Shown in pieces: positions 26,301 to 37,200 of a stretch of DNA of 64,000 bases; position 1 is the first letter of the stretch; each line of letters opens with the position of its first letter. Origin of the DNA: Phoronis australis (Eukaryota > Animalia > Phoronida); contig NMRA01000110.1 of assembly GCA_002633005.1 (NCBI GenBank), positions 1 through 64,000 of the forward strand, read 5' to 3'. A model generated the notes under the pieces. That model saw nothing but the letters and a program-made list of their open reading frames with translations. It was not told the origin of the DNA and did no database searches. Made by a program: the position numbers and the translations under genes.

Positions 26301-27443
26301 GGTAGTGCTAGGTAATGAATCCCAACTGACTAGTAGGCCTACAGGTGTGACCACAGGAACCTTTATTAATTAAAAGCTGCTCAGGTCACAACACTATTCT
26401 AGAATGCATAACAGCGGTCTGACTGGACAATCTGAGCTAAGCATAGATCCCCCTAGTCACAAAAGGACATCGTCTGAATGCGGGCCCGGGGACTACGGAA
26501 GACCCAGCATACTACGAAAAGCCAGTGCTTCCAGAACCTGTCGTGATTCGGCACATGAGATATACATGAATGGCGCAGCACTGAGATATACATGGATGGC
26601 GCAGCACTGAGATATACATGGATGCTGCAGCACTGAGATATACATGGATGGCGCAGCACTGAGATATACATGGATGGCGCAGCACTGAGATATACATGGA
26701 TGGTGCAGCACTGAGATATACATGGATGGCGCAGCACTGAGATATCGTCCGGTTACCTATTTTCGTCAGGCTCCAAAGTTCGTCCGCCATCTTGTTTCGC
26801 GTGCAGCGCAACCACGCGGGACTTAGCGTTCCAATTTGGAGTGCTCGTCTTCACGTTAGGTACTAACCTCTCGGGAGAAACACGTATCAAAGTAANAGCA
26901 CTGAGATATACATGGATGGCACAGCACTGAGATATACATGGATGGCACATCACTGAGATATACATGGATGGCGCAGCACTGAGATACACATGGATGGCGC
27001 AACACTGAGATATACATGGATGGCGCAGCACTGAGTTATACATGGATGGCGCAGCACTGAGAGTTCTTTGGATGACCACCCAAGAACGTTTTAGTTTTAA
27101 TTAAAACACGCTGCAATCATGCCGGATTCGAAGCCAATCTGACGCAAAGATATTTGCTTTCTTATTGCAATATCTGCTCCGGCAGACTTCTAGGTTTTAA
27201 ACAGACTGCATAAATGGTACAACGAACGACATCATGTTTTCCTAAAGTGAACGGCTAAACACGGATTGATATAAGCTACAATAGGTAAAGGCCTCCCAGA
27301 GTCCCAGTCACTAGTCAGTCCATTGACATTGACATACCGGTGAGATCGTAGAATTTCTCAGTCTTTAACAATGCTGCAACGACAAAAGCGCCCCATTGGA
27401 TTCCAAAATCAACGGCGGCAGTTTTGGTGAACAAATTCCCCAT
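20346..27443 (-). CDS. DUF1295 / steroid 5-alpha-reductase-like membrane protein; one or more internal exons missing
   Basis: Minus-strand exons: 27443-27338 (MGNLFTKTAAVDFGIQWGAFVVAALLKTEKFYDLT), 24244-24139 (GSLTFLLLA..WALR), 22399-22293 (LGLYLFTRVLKEGGDRRFNKAK..FFVFWTMQ), 20621-20346 ([34 protein letters not shown]..YLW*). EKFYDLTGS, RLG.YLF.R and GLW..[9 protein letters not shown] are characteristic of DUF1295. The phase mismatch between exon 3 and the last exon requires a missing exon. Confidence 0.9.
20708..20898. repeat. 27-bp tandem repeat (ATAATATACAGATCAGCGTATAGATCA), about 7 copies, running into the gap
   Basis: Periodicity seen directly. Confidence 0.95.
20899..21659. other. Assembly gap (N run)
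   Basis: 761 N characters. Confidence 1.
23507..23615. repeat. 33-bp tandem repeat (ACTGCACAGCAAGGACACACCCAGTGAAGAGAT-like), about 3 copies
   Basis: Periodicity seen directly. Confidence 0.9.
23955..24070. repeat. Diverged tandem repeat of about 36 bp (CAGTGGTCAATAACT..ACCCACCCTGCCC), 3 copies
   Basis: Imperfect periodicity seen directly. Confidence 0.75.
24944..25399. mobile_element. Palindromic MITE, about 205-bp arms, termini CAAGGTACCTAAACTAC, 5-bp TSD CACTT
   Basis: 24944-25151 is the reverse complement of about 25191-25399 with few mismatches; CACTT lies at 24939-24943 and 25400-25404. Confidence 0.92.
26557..27062. repeat. 26-bp minisatellite (GCAGCACTGAGATATACATGGATGGC) in two blocks (26557-26744, 26897-27062) split by about 150 bp of unrelated sequence ending in N
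   Basis: Periodicity seen directly; N at 26896. Confidence 0.93.
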
Positions 27444-27711
27444 GATGGCGTTCATCAGTGTTGCAGATCTTTGACCTTTCTTGCAGATAATCTAAACGAC
27501 GCATTCACTAATTCAGCAAGCTTGCCTCGACTCTTGTGTAAGAGCAGGGTCACAGGTCACGAGCTGTGTATATATAAACAAATGTAATCAACCTAACGCT
27601 GATTCGCTGATGTCAAAAAAGGCGTCAATGACGAACGAATCAGCAAAAGTAATACTAAGCAGCTCGGTACTTAAAACATGGCGACTTCCTTGGGTTGTTC
27701 ATGAAGTAAGT
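27444..27711. promoter_or_regulatory. Putative compact bidirectional promoter between the DUF1295 gene (-) and a likely non-coding first exon of GTDC1 (+; donor GTAAGT at 27706)
   Basis: DUF1295 ATG at 27443 (-); TATATATAAA about 27567-27577; dyad GCTGATTCG/CGAATCAGC (27598-27644); YY1-like AAACATGGCG (27674-27683); consensus donor AA|GTAAGT. The next GTDC1 acceptor is TTTGTTTGACAG ending at 34240. Confidence 0.6.
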
Positions 27712-27890
27712 TGTGTTATAAAGATTTTCCTTGCATTTGGGAATCTTGGAGGATTGGGTATGTGAATACATCCCTATTATACTTTGTCCAGTACCAAATC
27801 TCGACTTACGCCATGTATTCTCTGAATATGAGTTGCAAATAGGTTCTTAAATAAGGTTCTGGACTAGCCTTGGTAGCTTGGTACAAAGTA

Positions 27891-30285
27891 GGGAGGACAA
27901 CGTTTTTTTTATTTTTTTTACAATATCCATGTGTCATTCATTTTTGAAAAGCCCTTGGTGTGAGAAATGAAATGGTGCAAAAATCAGAAAAATTGGATGA
28001 GCGGTTGACGAGAAAATGACCGTTGAAAAGCGACGATTATGCGTAAAATACCTGCCTTTTTACATAAATTCGTAAAAAATAAAAGAATATACATGTGCTG
28101 CATATAAAAAGATTCGTCTAATTGAGACAAACATGATGGTGTGTATTATATGAAATTTGGATCGATTTTTACAGAGATATTGCTGTTTAAGTGTGTTGTT
28201 ATAGCATTTAGAACAGGCTCATCATGTTTGATGAAAACAATCGATTACACAGCTTAAAAGGTAAAGAGCAAAGACACCACATCAGCTCAGAAATAAATAC
28301 ATCTGAGCTAGGAGGAAATTTCACATCAAATCACAAGATCACATTGGTGGATTTGGGGGGGGGCAAGGGGGCCTGGCCCGTGGCCCCCCTAAAACTCCCA
28401 TATTTCATTTGGCAGTTTGAGGGTGCAAATATCTTACAGATAAAATCCTGCATAATATTCTGCCCTGCCCCCCCCTCCTATCTAAAAATCCTAGATCTGC
28501 CCCTGAATACTACTCAAGGGCAACACATCATTGCCTGACAGTGACAGGGGGCTGGGGGAGGCTATAGCTCCCCCACTTTTTTCAGTGCTGGGTGCCACCC
28601 ATGTACTATTAGATCGTATCATGGCAAAAAACATCAGAAAGTAGACAAAAGACCATTTGGAAAAACAAATCACTCTTAACATAAAGGATTTCATCATTTA
28701 CGCAACAAAAACTTTGTAACAACTTTATTTCGAACGGTGAAGTTGCGATGCCATTGAACTTCAACGTAGCCGATGGTGGCGCTGACATGCGGCGACTTAG
28801 TGAACTAACGACTGCTGTTTGAAAAGTGCCAATGCGCAGCAGTTTGACAGAATTTCTGAAANAACCCACGTCGGTAAATTACCCGATTTCAGACTTCAAA
28901 GTTAACTATAAGACAATTTTGTGTTATAAATTGTTACCTTAGTCTTTATTTGTAAGTTTGTAATCTTTTTGTCTCAAATTAGCGCTGATAAATCATTTTT
29001 TGTAAGCTTTTTTAGCGCACGATTTTCCACCATGCGATCAACTTTCGAAAAAGTACCTCTTGTTTCTCCTATCCAAAAGAGCACTATACTCTCAAATACA
29101 AACATGAAATTTGGACAGGATGTAGTTTAGAAGTTTAGATGCGTGCGCATCTCCTCAAATTGTTTTCTCGAAGTCAAGACCAAGTTTTCATGGCGAGTTT
29201 TCGATCGTCCGGAAGGCCTAATTTTGGTCGGTCGGGAGATTGATGTTTTTTCAGTTGCGCAATATGCCCCCCCGATTTTTAGATGAGGAATTTATCACTC
29301 TTTTAATTGGTAATTATTTCATTTTCAGAAATTCTGTCAAACTGCTGCACATTGGCACTTTTCAAACAGCAGTCGTTAGTTCACTAAGTCGCCGCATGTC
29401 AGCGCCACCATCGGCTACGTTGAAGTTCAATGGCATCACAACTTCGCTGTTCAAAATAAAGTTGTTATAAAGTTTTTGTTGCGTAAATGATGAAATCCTT
29501 TATGTTAAGAGTGATTTGTTTTCCCAAATGGTCTTTTGTCTACTTTCTGATGTTTTTTTGCCATGATACGATAGTACATGGGTGACACCCAGCACTGAAA
29601 AAAGTGGGGAGCTATAGCCTCCCCCAGCCCCCTGTCACTGTCACGCAATAATGTGTTGCCCATGTAGTAGTATTCAGGGTGCAGATCTAGGATTTTTAGA
29701 TAGGAGGGGGGCAGGGCAGAGTATTACGCAGGATTTTATCCGTAAGATATTTGCACCCTCAAACTGCCAAATGAAATATGGGAGTTTTAGGGGGGCCATG
29801 GGCCAGGCCCCCTTCCCCCCCAAATCCACCAATGTGATCTTGTGATTTGATGTGAAATTTCCTCCTAGCTCAGATGTATTTATTTCTGAGCTGATGTGGT
29901 GTTGCGTTGCTCTTTACCTTTTAAGCTGTGTAATCCATTGTTTTCATCAAACATGATGAGCCTGTTCTATATGCTAACAACACACTTAAACAGCAATATC
30001 TCTGTAGAAATCGATCCAAATTTTATATAATACACACCACCATGTTTGTCTCGATTAGACGAATCTTGTTATATGCAGCACATGTACATTATTGTATTTT
30101 TTACGAAATTATGTAAAAAGGCAGATATTTTACGCATAATCGTCACGTTTCAACGGCCATTTTCTCGTCAACCGCTCATCCAATTTTTCTGATTTTTGCA
30201 ACATTTCTTTTCTCACACCAAGGGCTTTTCAAAAATGTATGACACATGGGTATTGTAAAACAAATTTAAAAAACGTTGTCCTCCC
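27891..30285. mobile_element. 2.4-kb foldback/palindromic non-autonomous DNA element, about 970-bp arms, termini GGGAGGACAACG, TA flanks
   Basis: 27891-28861 is the reverse complement of about 29322-30285 with scattered substitutions and indels; about 460-bp spacer; TA at 27889-27890 and 30286-30287; no transposase ORF. Confidence 0.93.
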
Positions 30286-30386
30286 TACTTAAACATACAG
30301 TGCACCGATGCGGTAACAAAGTAGTGTGTAGATGTGCTTCCGGTGATTCATATGAGCCTCTTTTAGCTACTCGCTAACGGGTAATT

Positions 30387-30456
30387 GCCTATTAGCTGAA
30401 TGGTTAGTACGCTTTCCGGTTTTATGGGGGTCGCTGGTTCAATTCCTGGGTCAGGT
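30387..30456 (+). mobile_element. tRNA-derived SINE head or tRNA pseudogene
   Basis: A box TAGCTGAATGG and B box GGTTCAATTCC at tRNA-like spacing, but no well-formed anticodon arm or acceptor stem. Confidence 0.65.
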
Positions 30457-30476
30457 AATCACGGCTATTACCACAC

Positions 30477-32820
30477 GGCTAAATCACAATCAAGGCCCAT
30501 ACTCGAGAGTTGACTGTGTTACGGTCTCAAATAATTTTTTTGATCACTTACCAAATGCAAACTGAATCTCATATGCAAAGAGTTATTTAGTTGTGCATAT
30601 TAAAAAAAGAATCATGAAAGTCGGACAATGTTTAAGAAATTCATGTTTTTGTCTATGAATTTCAAGCATTTTTAGCGTTACGAGTGGCCATTTTAAAAAT
30701 TACAATTTTCAATTGTCAACAGTAGAAAAGAAATCTATTTTATCAAGTAAGAAATTGCTTAGATATGACTGGGAATAACTTGAGTCACTTTCAAAATCAC
30801 TTATATGAAGTTGTGCTTAATCATTGGGTTCATCATAAAACAGGCCCTTTTTACTAAATTTGTAAATTCTGTGTTTCTAACCCTCACCTACTGTAAAGAA
30901 GGTTAAAACCTAAAGTTCACACTCTGTAATAAAAAGAACTGCAGAATGTGTTAGCCAAAGCAACACAGCAAATTATTCAATATCTAAACAAACCAAAAGT
31001 TTGGATATTGAATGGGTTCTGCTATGTTGAAAATGGGCCAAAAAGGCTAAAAAGTGTAGTGTACGTACCCCCATGTGGAATTCAGTAACACAAATGGTCA
31101 TTGTAAATGGAATTATTGCCTTTTAAATAACAACATGGTGCTTATTATCATCAAAGAAAAATAAATGGCCATACAACATTATTTTACCATGTGATGCAGA
31201 AACAGTGCTGTAGTGTACGTACCCACTTTTGTAGTGTACGTACCGCCATGTTTACAAATGCCATGAAATTAAAATATCACTTGGTAAGTGAGCAACACTG
31301 GTCATAGACAGTTTCCTTCCTTAAAAATATTAGGTTAAAAGGGTGTTTATTGCAAATACATTTAAATTGTTTTGAGTGAAATATTAGCATTTGTGTAGTG
31401 TACGAACCCATATAGTTTAATTAGTGCCTATTTTCAAAATATGGCAGATATGCACATGAATGCTGTGTTTTTTATGTTTTCTCTTTGAATTGATTTAGTA
31501 AATCAACTAACCGTCAGTAGGATCTTAGTATTTAGTTACAAACTTGACATGTCATTGAAATGCAGTGTACGTACCCCTGCGTAGTGTACGTACTTTGATG
31601 TGAACAAATACCATAAAACAAAAATATTACATGGTCAGTAAGCAACACTTGTCACAGACAGTTTCCTTCTTTAAAAATGCTAGGTTAAAAGGGTGTTAAT
31701 TACAAATACATTTGTTTTGAGATAAGCATTTGTGTAGTGTACGTACTCCTACAGTATAACATGTGCCTGTTTTCAAATAATGACAGACAGATATGAACTT
31801 GTATGCAGTACTTATTATTTGTTCTCTTTAAATAGATTTGGTAAATGAACTAACTCTCAGTAGATTCTAAATATTTTTTTATAAATCTGACGAGTCATTG
31901 AAATGTAGAGTACGTACCCCGGTGTAGTGTACATACCTTCAACCTCTGTGCTATAAAGTATTGCCCGCAAGTATTTTTACATACTGCCAGAACTGCTGTT
32001 CTCATGAACAATACTGATATTTCCAAAATGAATCCAGTCTGACAAAAGCAATGGACTTTATATCAAATTTGTGGGCAAAAGAATGCCACACAGGACTTGG
32101 CTGGTACTTAACATCCTAGAAGACACGTCATGTGACAACTGATGTTGCAGAGGCAGGTTCTCTATATCTCAAGACAACTTGCAACAAACCAACCAGTACA
32201 GGCAGCACAAAACTCGAGATCATCCCATACATTTGTAACTTAGTTAAAATTTGATGGTGATTGACTGTGCGTAGTGTACGTACCCCCCCCAACCAGTACC
32301 ATTTTTTACTGTTTACAAATGGAACACTGGTCCTAGCATTGCTTTAACTATTTTGACCTACTGGTGAATGTATTGGAAACTAAGCAAATAGCACCAATAA
32401 AATTTTTAAAAAAGTAATTACTCGTCATTTTCTTTTTATAGGAATCATATTGCCAGAGAAGAAGTTCTCATTATACTGTGTTAAGATATGCAATGTACGT
32501 ATCATCATCTAGAACAACTTGATCAGCACGGTAATGACTTTTTTTACTTTAAAATAGTATGTGATACTTCTTCAATTTGATCAAGAACTTATTAAATTAA
32601 CAGCTACCTTATGAATTTTTGCATGGTACAAATGCACTGTGACCACATGTTGTAGTGTACGTACCCTTTTATACAACTGTGATGCATTAGGCCATAAAAT
32701 TTAATTCCGGGGTTCTTGTGCAAATATAGATTACAAACCTGGAATGATGGTACAGTTATACAACAACCTTCATTTTCACCAAAAGTGGCCACCGAATATG
32801 GACCTTGATTGTGATTTGCC
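30477..32820. mobile_element. About 2.35-kb non-autonomous DNA transposon with TIRs GGC(T)AAATCACAATCAAGG.CCATA.TCG and internal GTAGTGTACGTACC repeats
   Basis: Left GGCTAAATCACAATCAAGGCCCATACTCG (30477) versus reverse complement of the right end GGCAAATCACAATCAAGGTCCATATTCG (ends 32820); internal duplication of about 350 bp (about 31210-31580 versus 31581-31940). Confidence 0.8.
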
Positions 32821-33806
32821 TGAAAGTGGTAAGATAAAATCTGACACAAAATTAGTGTCATTAAAATTTACAGTCTTCCTTGAGTAAACAAAATTATTTA
32901 ATGGTGTTGGAAAAGGCGTTCTACCGTTATTCTGCTGCTAAAGTGACGGCTTTCGGCGCCATGAAATATTGCAACACCTATTAGCCAGTTTCTTTTTCGC
33001 TGATTCTTCAATTAACTGCTGTTCTTTCACGAGCTTGCGTACACGTCACAACAAATTATTGGAACTTGTTTCACTTCATTATAAGTTTTTAGGATTTCGA
33101 TACCGAAAAACTGAATTTCAGAACAAATTTTACTGCTGTGAAGTTGTCGCAAAAATTTAGGAAATAGCGCGTGCGCGTGACATGAGCGTACTGTTTTCAA
33201 AACGATGACATACTTTTCATTGTTAGAAAAGGCAGAGAGTTACGCAACAAAATAACGTTTATTGCATGGTTTTCAATTAAACGGCTGTAACGGTCAAGGT
33301 GAGTATCGGTTGATTCCCAGATTTTGCATGCACCCCGTCCGGTCTTTAGCTCTACATGTTGATACAAGTTTCATGGCGAGGTGACGAGCAGAACTACCCT
33401 GGCTGTGTTCAATTTCGGGGTCTATGGAAGAAATACACACAGTGTTACCTAGCTGTATTTTGACAATAGTCTTCATGCAGCCAGCTGGCCGGCTAATTCT
33501 GGTCGTGCTTCCGTCCACAGGTGCTAAAGATCAGTCCACAACTTTAGCAGCAGAATAACCGGTAGAATGCCATTTTTTCCAGTACCGTTAAATAAATAAT
33601 TTAGTTTACTCAAGGAAGACTGTAGTTTTTAATGACACTAATTTTGTGTCAGATTTTATCTTACCACTTTTTTACCCACATCGGTGCAAAGCTGTATATT
33701 TAGTATACAGCTTTGTACCAAGGCTAAGGCGTCCTCAGCTTCTATCCTGATCGTCCCCAATACACTATGTATAATACTACAAGGTATGACACTTCGGACT
33801 AGAAAT

Positions 33807-34145
33807 TCCATAGGTGCTTCACTTCAGCCTTCCATAGCAAACATAAAGCTCAATAAATTTACACAAAACAGAGGTCCAACAAACCATGAGGAATTGTTCT
33901 TTCTCCCAATACTTGGCAATTGCCGTTCATCCGTAACTCACCAAATAATTCCGTACTCTTCGCGTGGGTTGCTCCGGACGAGCTTTTTGGGAAGATTTTT
34001 GTGCTTTGACTGCGAATTTCTTGCGAACTGGGTGGTGCATGGTATTGGGAGAATGAACAATTCCTCATGGTTTGTTTAACCTCTTTTTTGTAAATTTATT
34101 GAGTTTTGTGTTTGTTATGGACGGCTGAAGTGAAGCACCCGTGGA
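33807..34145. mobile_element. MITE with about 105-bp inverted repeats (TCCA.GGTGCTTCACTTCAGCC...)
   Basis: 33807-33911 is the approximate reverse complement of 34042-34145; followed by a poly-G run and an N. Confidence 0.85.
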
Positions 34146-34257
34146 GGAGGCGGGGGGGGGGGGGGGGGNACTGCAGGTTTATTCCATGATCTTTAATGCC
34201 TGGAAATATTAAACATAATCATCGCCATTTTGTTTGACAGTGGTCTATGGATGAGTT

Positions 34258-37200
34258 ATGGCTAATGTTACTGATAAGAAATCCCCCAATGGTGTGTGCA
34301 AGAATCTGCTGCTGGAACCATTCTATGGGGGATCTCACAAACAGCTTATGGATTTGTTGGCCAGAGAAATACCAGGATGTCACCTGATTGGCATGTCTGC
34401 AAAAAAGTGGCACTGGAGAGCAAGGACATCTGCTCTGTATCTAGCTCAGGTCATTCCAAGGTCACATGAATACCAGTAAGCCAGTTTCAAATTGATTTTC
34501 AGAAAAGTAAACACTGTTTGGTCCAATAATTGTCAATTGGTATTGGAGAAAGTGAGACACAGTTGTTCTCTCAGAAGGCTAGAAAATATGCAATATTTTG
34601 CATACTCCTCACTGTCATGTGAGCTTAAAATTCTCTTTTGCTTGGCCCAATTTCTGGAGTCTGTTGCACTGTTCAGACTTATGACCATGTTGGGTTGTAT
34701 CCCCATGCAAGAGCGCAGAACGCTGTCTACTTTATTGCCTTTTAGTGAGAAAGTGTTTAGACACTTGTTCAGCTAACCTGTTGCCAGATGCCGCATAGTT
34801 TATAACTTTTCAAACTTGAATCTATGCTGCTAGAAGTGGAATTATTTTTTTTAATAAATCACTTCCATATTTTTGTCTAGCAGATTTTTACTTTTTGATT
34901 AATTAAATAAATATGAAATTAAGTTTATGCGTATGTTTGGTTGCAGTTGTTGCTATTTTTTCAAACTTGAAAATTGGAGTTGACTGATTTTTTTGCATAC
35001 TTTCAGACTTGTGTTTGCTAGCAGTGTGCTGAACCTGGCCGAGTTAAACGCTTTGAGGCCTGACTTGGCTAGTTTAGAAAAGATTGTATACTTTCATGAA
35101 AATCAGCTGGTGTACCCAGTTAGAAAACAGCAGGAGAGAGACTTTCAGTATGGCTATAACCAGATATTGTCCTGGTGAGTGGAATCATTGGTAGGTCACT
35201 TGAATCGCTTACTTTGGTATTCTGTTTTAACAGTTCGGTGGCATCTTGAGAGAAGTCATACCTCTGAGCAAGCTTACAATGTGTGCATTACTGTAAACTC
35301 GCGGGTTAACGCCCATGCCCAGGTAATCGCCCGTTCCCAACTTTTAGTCAATTTTCGGTTTAAGCGCCCACTTCTTGGGTAATTGCACACTCCCCTGTCT
35401 CAGGGTTTCCCAATTTAAGCACCCAGGGCGTTAATCCATGAGCTTACGGTAAATACATGGAGTCTTATCTCTGTACTTCAAACTTGACTAAAGAAATTGA
35501 TCATTTGCAGGGGACGCTTCAAGTAAATTAGTTTCAGAAATTAAGTTTGTACTTGCATCATCTGTTGTGTCTGAGGCAAGACCAAGTTTGGACCTGGAAC
35601 TATTGTAGCTATGGAGGATAGCTGAAATCATGGTTTGAAAAATTTAACTGAGGTTGAATTATGAAGTGGACAAGAATCCTTTGCAGTGGTAAATGGTTCT
35701 TGCTTTGTTCAAGTTGTTTTGCACTTGTTTGGAAGTTAGTCACAAAGAAAAATATCTGCCGATCTGATAACCAGGTACACAGTGTCATAGACAAGTACCT
35801 TGCTCATATCACAGTCATATTAACTAACCTTGTTTGATGTGATTCCAGCCTTGTCGCTGACACAGTTCTCTTCAACTCTAAGTACAACATGGACTCCTTC
35901 CTTGACTCAATCCAGTCCTTCATGAAGGTAATGCCTGACTATAGACCTAAAGATCTGGCAGTAGAGATTCGTCCAAAATGCAAGGTGCTCTACTTTCCCA
36001 TCCAGTTCCCCAGCAACAGTAAACCTGATGTGCTACCAGTCTGCACCAGTCACTGTCACCGTGCAGCAAATCTGACTGAATATCAGTCAAACTGCGGCAG
36101 TGACAGTTGTGAATCTCGTACTGACTCTATTTCCTGGACTAGAAATGTTGCTACTAAATTGCCACGTAACAAACCTTTACACATACTCTGGCCTCATCGG
36201 TGGGAGCATGATAAAAATCCTCAACTATTCTTTCGGACGTTGGATGCCTTAGTTAAGCAAGGCTTGGAGTTCTTAGTGTCAGTACTGGGTCAAGTATATA
36301 GAGAAGTGCCTGCTGTGTTTGAGGAGACCAGAGACAAACTAAAAGGACACGTTGTGAATTGGGGCTATGTGGAAGACAAGGAGGACTATTACAAAATATT
36401 ATCAAGTGCAGATGTAGTAGTGTCGACAGCTGACCATGAGTTTTATGGCGTTGCAATGTAAGAGCACTTTAAAGTGGTCATGAATACTCATTGTGTACAA
36501 CAAGTGATGTTATACCACTCACCGCCATATACTTAGTCTCAACTTGTGCCTTAATTTGATTATTAAGTGATTTGTGGGTTTGCAAACAACTGGCAGTTAT
36601 TCGTTGAGACCATGCTCAGCACACGTTAGGTTTTGCCATAGTTACCAAAGCTGTAGAGCCTGATCTACTGAGACCATGCTCAGCACACATGAAAACGTGC
36701 CATAGTTACCCAAGCTGTAGAGCCTGATCTACTGAGACCATGCTCAGCACACATGAAGACATGCCATTGTAACCCAAGCTGTAGAGCCTGATCCATTGAG
36801 ACCATTCTCAGCACACATGAAAACATGCCATTGTAACCCAAGCTGTAGAGCCTGATCTACTGTGAGCATGCTCAGCACACATGAAGAAATGCCATTGTAA
36901 CCCAAGCTGTAGAGCCTGATCCATTGAGACCATTCTCAGCACACATGAAGACATGCCATTGTAACCCAAGCTGTAGAGCCTGATTTCATTGAAATCATTC
37001 TCATCACACATAAGGACATGCCATTGTAACCCAAGCTGTGGAGCCTGATCCATTGAGACCATTCTCATCACTCATAATGACATGCCATAATAGTAACCCA
37101 AGCTGTTGAGCCTGGTCTCAAACAATAACCACCTATCAGCTCTTTTGAAGCCTTGAAATCATCTTCAATTTAAACGAGGAAAAAATGGAAACCACCATAC

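Larger units (their letters stand above)
27865..33726. mobile_element. Outer non-autonomous DNA transposon (TAG-starting termini, Academ-like by inference) whose left TIR is split by two later insertions; intact core 32823-33726
   Basis: The reverse complement of right TIR 33541-33726 (TAGCCTTGGTACAAAG..TACTAAATATACAG..TGCACCGATGTGGGTAAAAAAGTGGTAAGATAAAATCTGACAC..) matches 27865-27890 + 30288-30325 + 32831-32945 joined together. Confidence 0.75.

Noticed and set aside
26404-27079. Cys/His-rich repetitive ORFs (HPCISQCCAIHVY...)
   Set aside because: They are translations of the 26-bp intronic minisatellite in several frames.
28224-29845. Mirror-image ORFs inside the large palindrome as a transposase
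   Set aside because: They are short, lack DDE or other transposase motifs, and appear on both strands only because of the inverted repeat.
30387-30456. Functional tRNA gene
   Set aside because: A and B boxes are present, but the anticodon arm and acceptor stem do not pair; a SINE head or pseudogene fits better.
31056-32668. GTAGTGTACGTACC repeats as a CRISPR-like array
   Set aside because: The repeat is only 14 bp, spacing is irregular (about 20-350 bp), several spacers are duplicates of each other, there are no cas genes, and the context is a eukaryotic intron.
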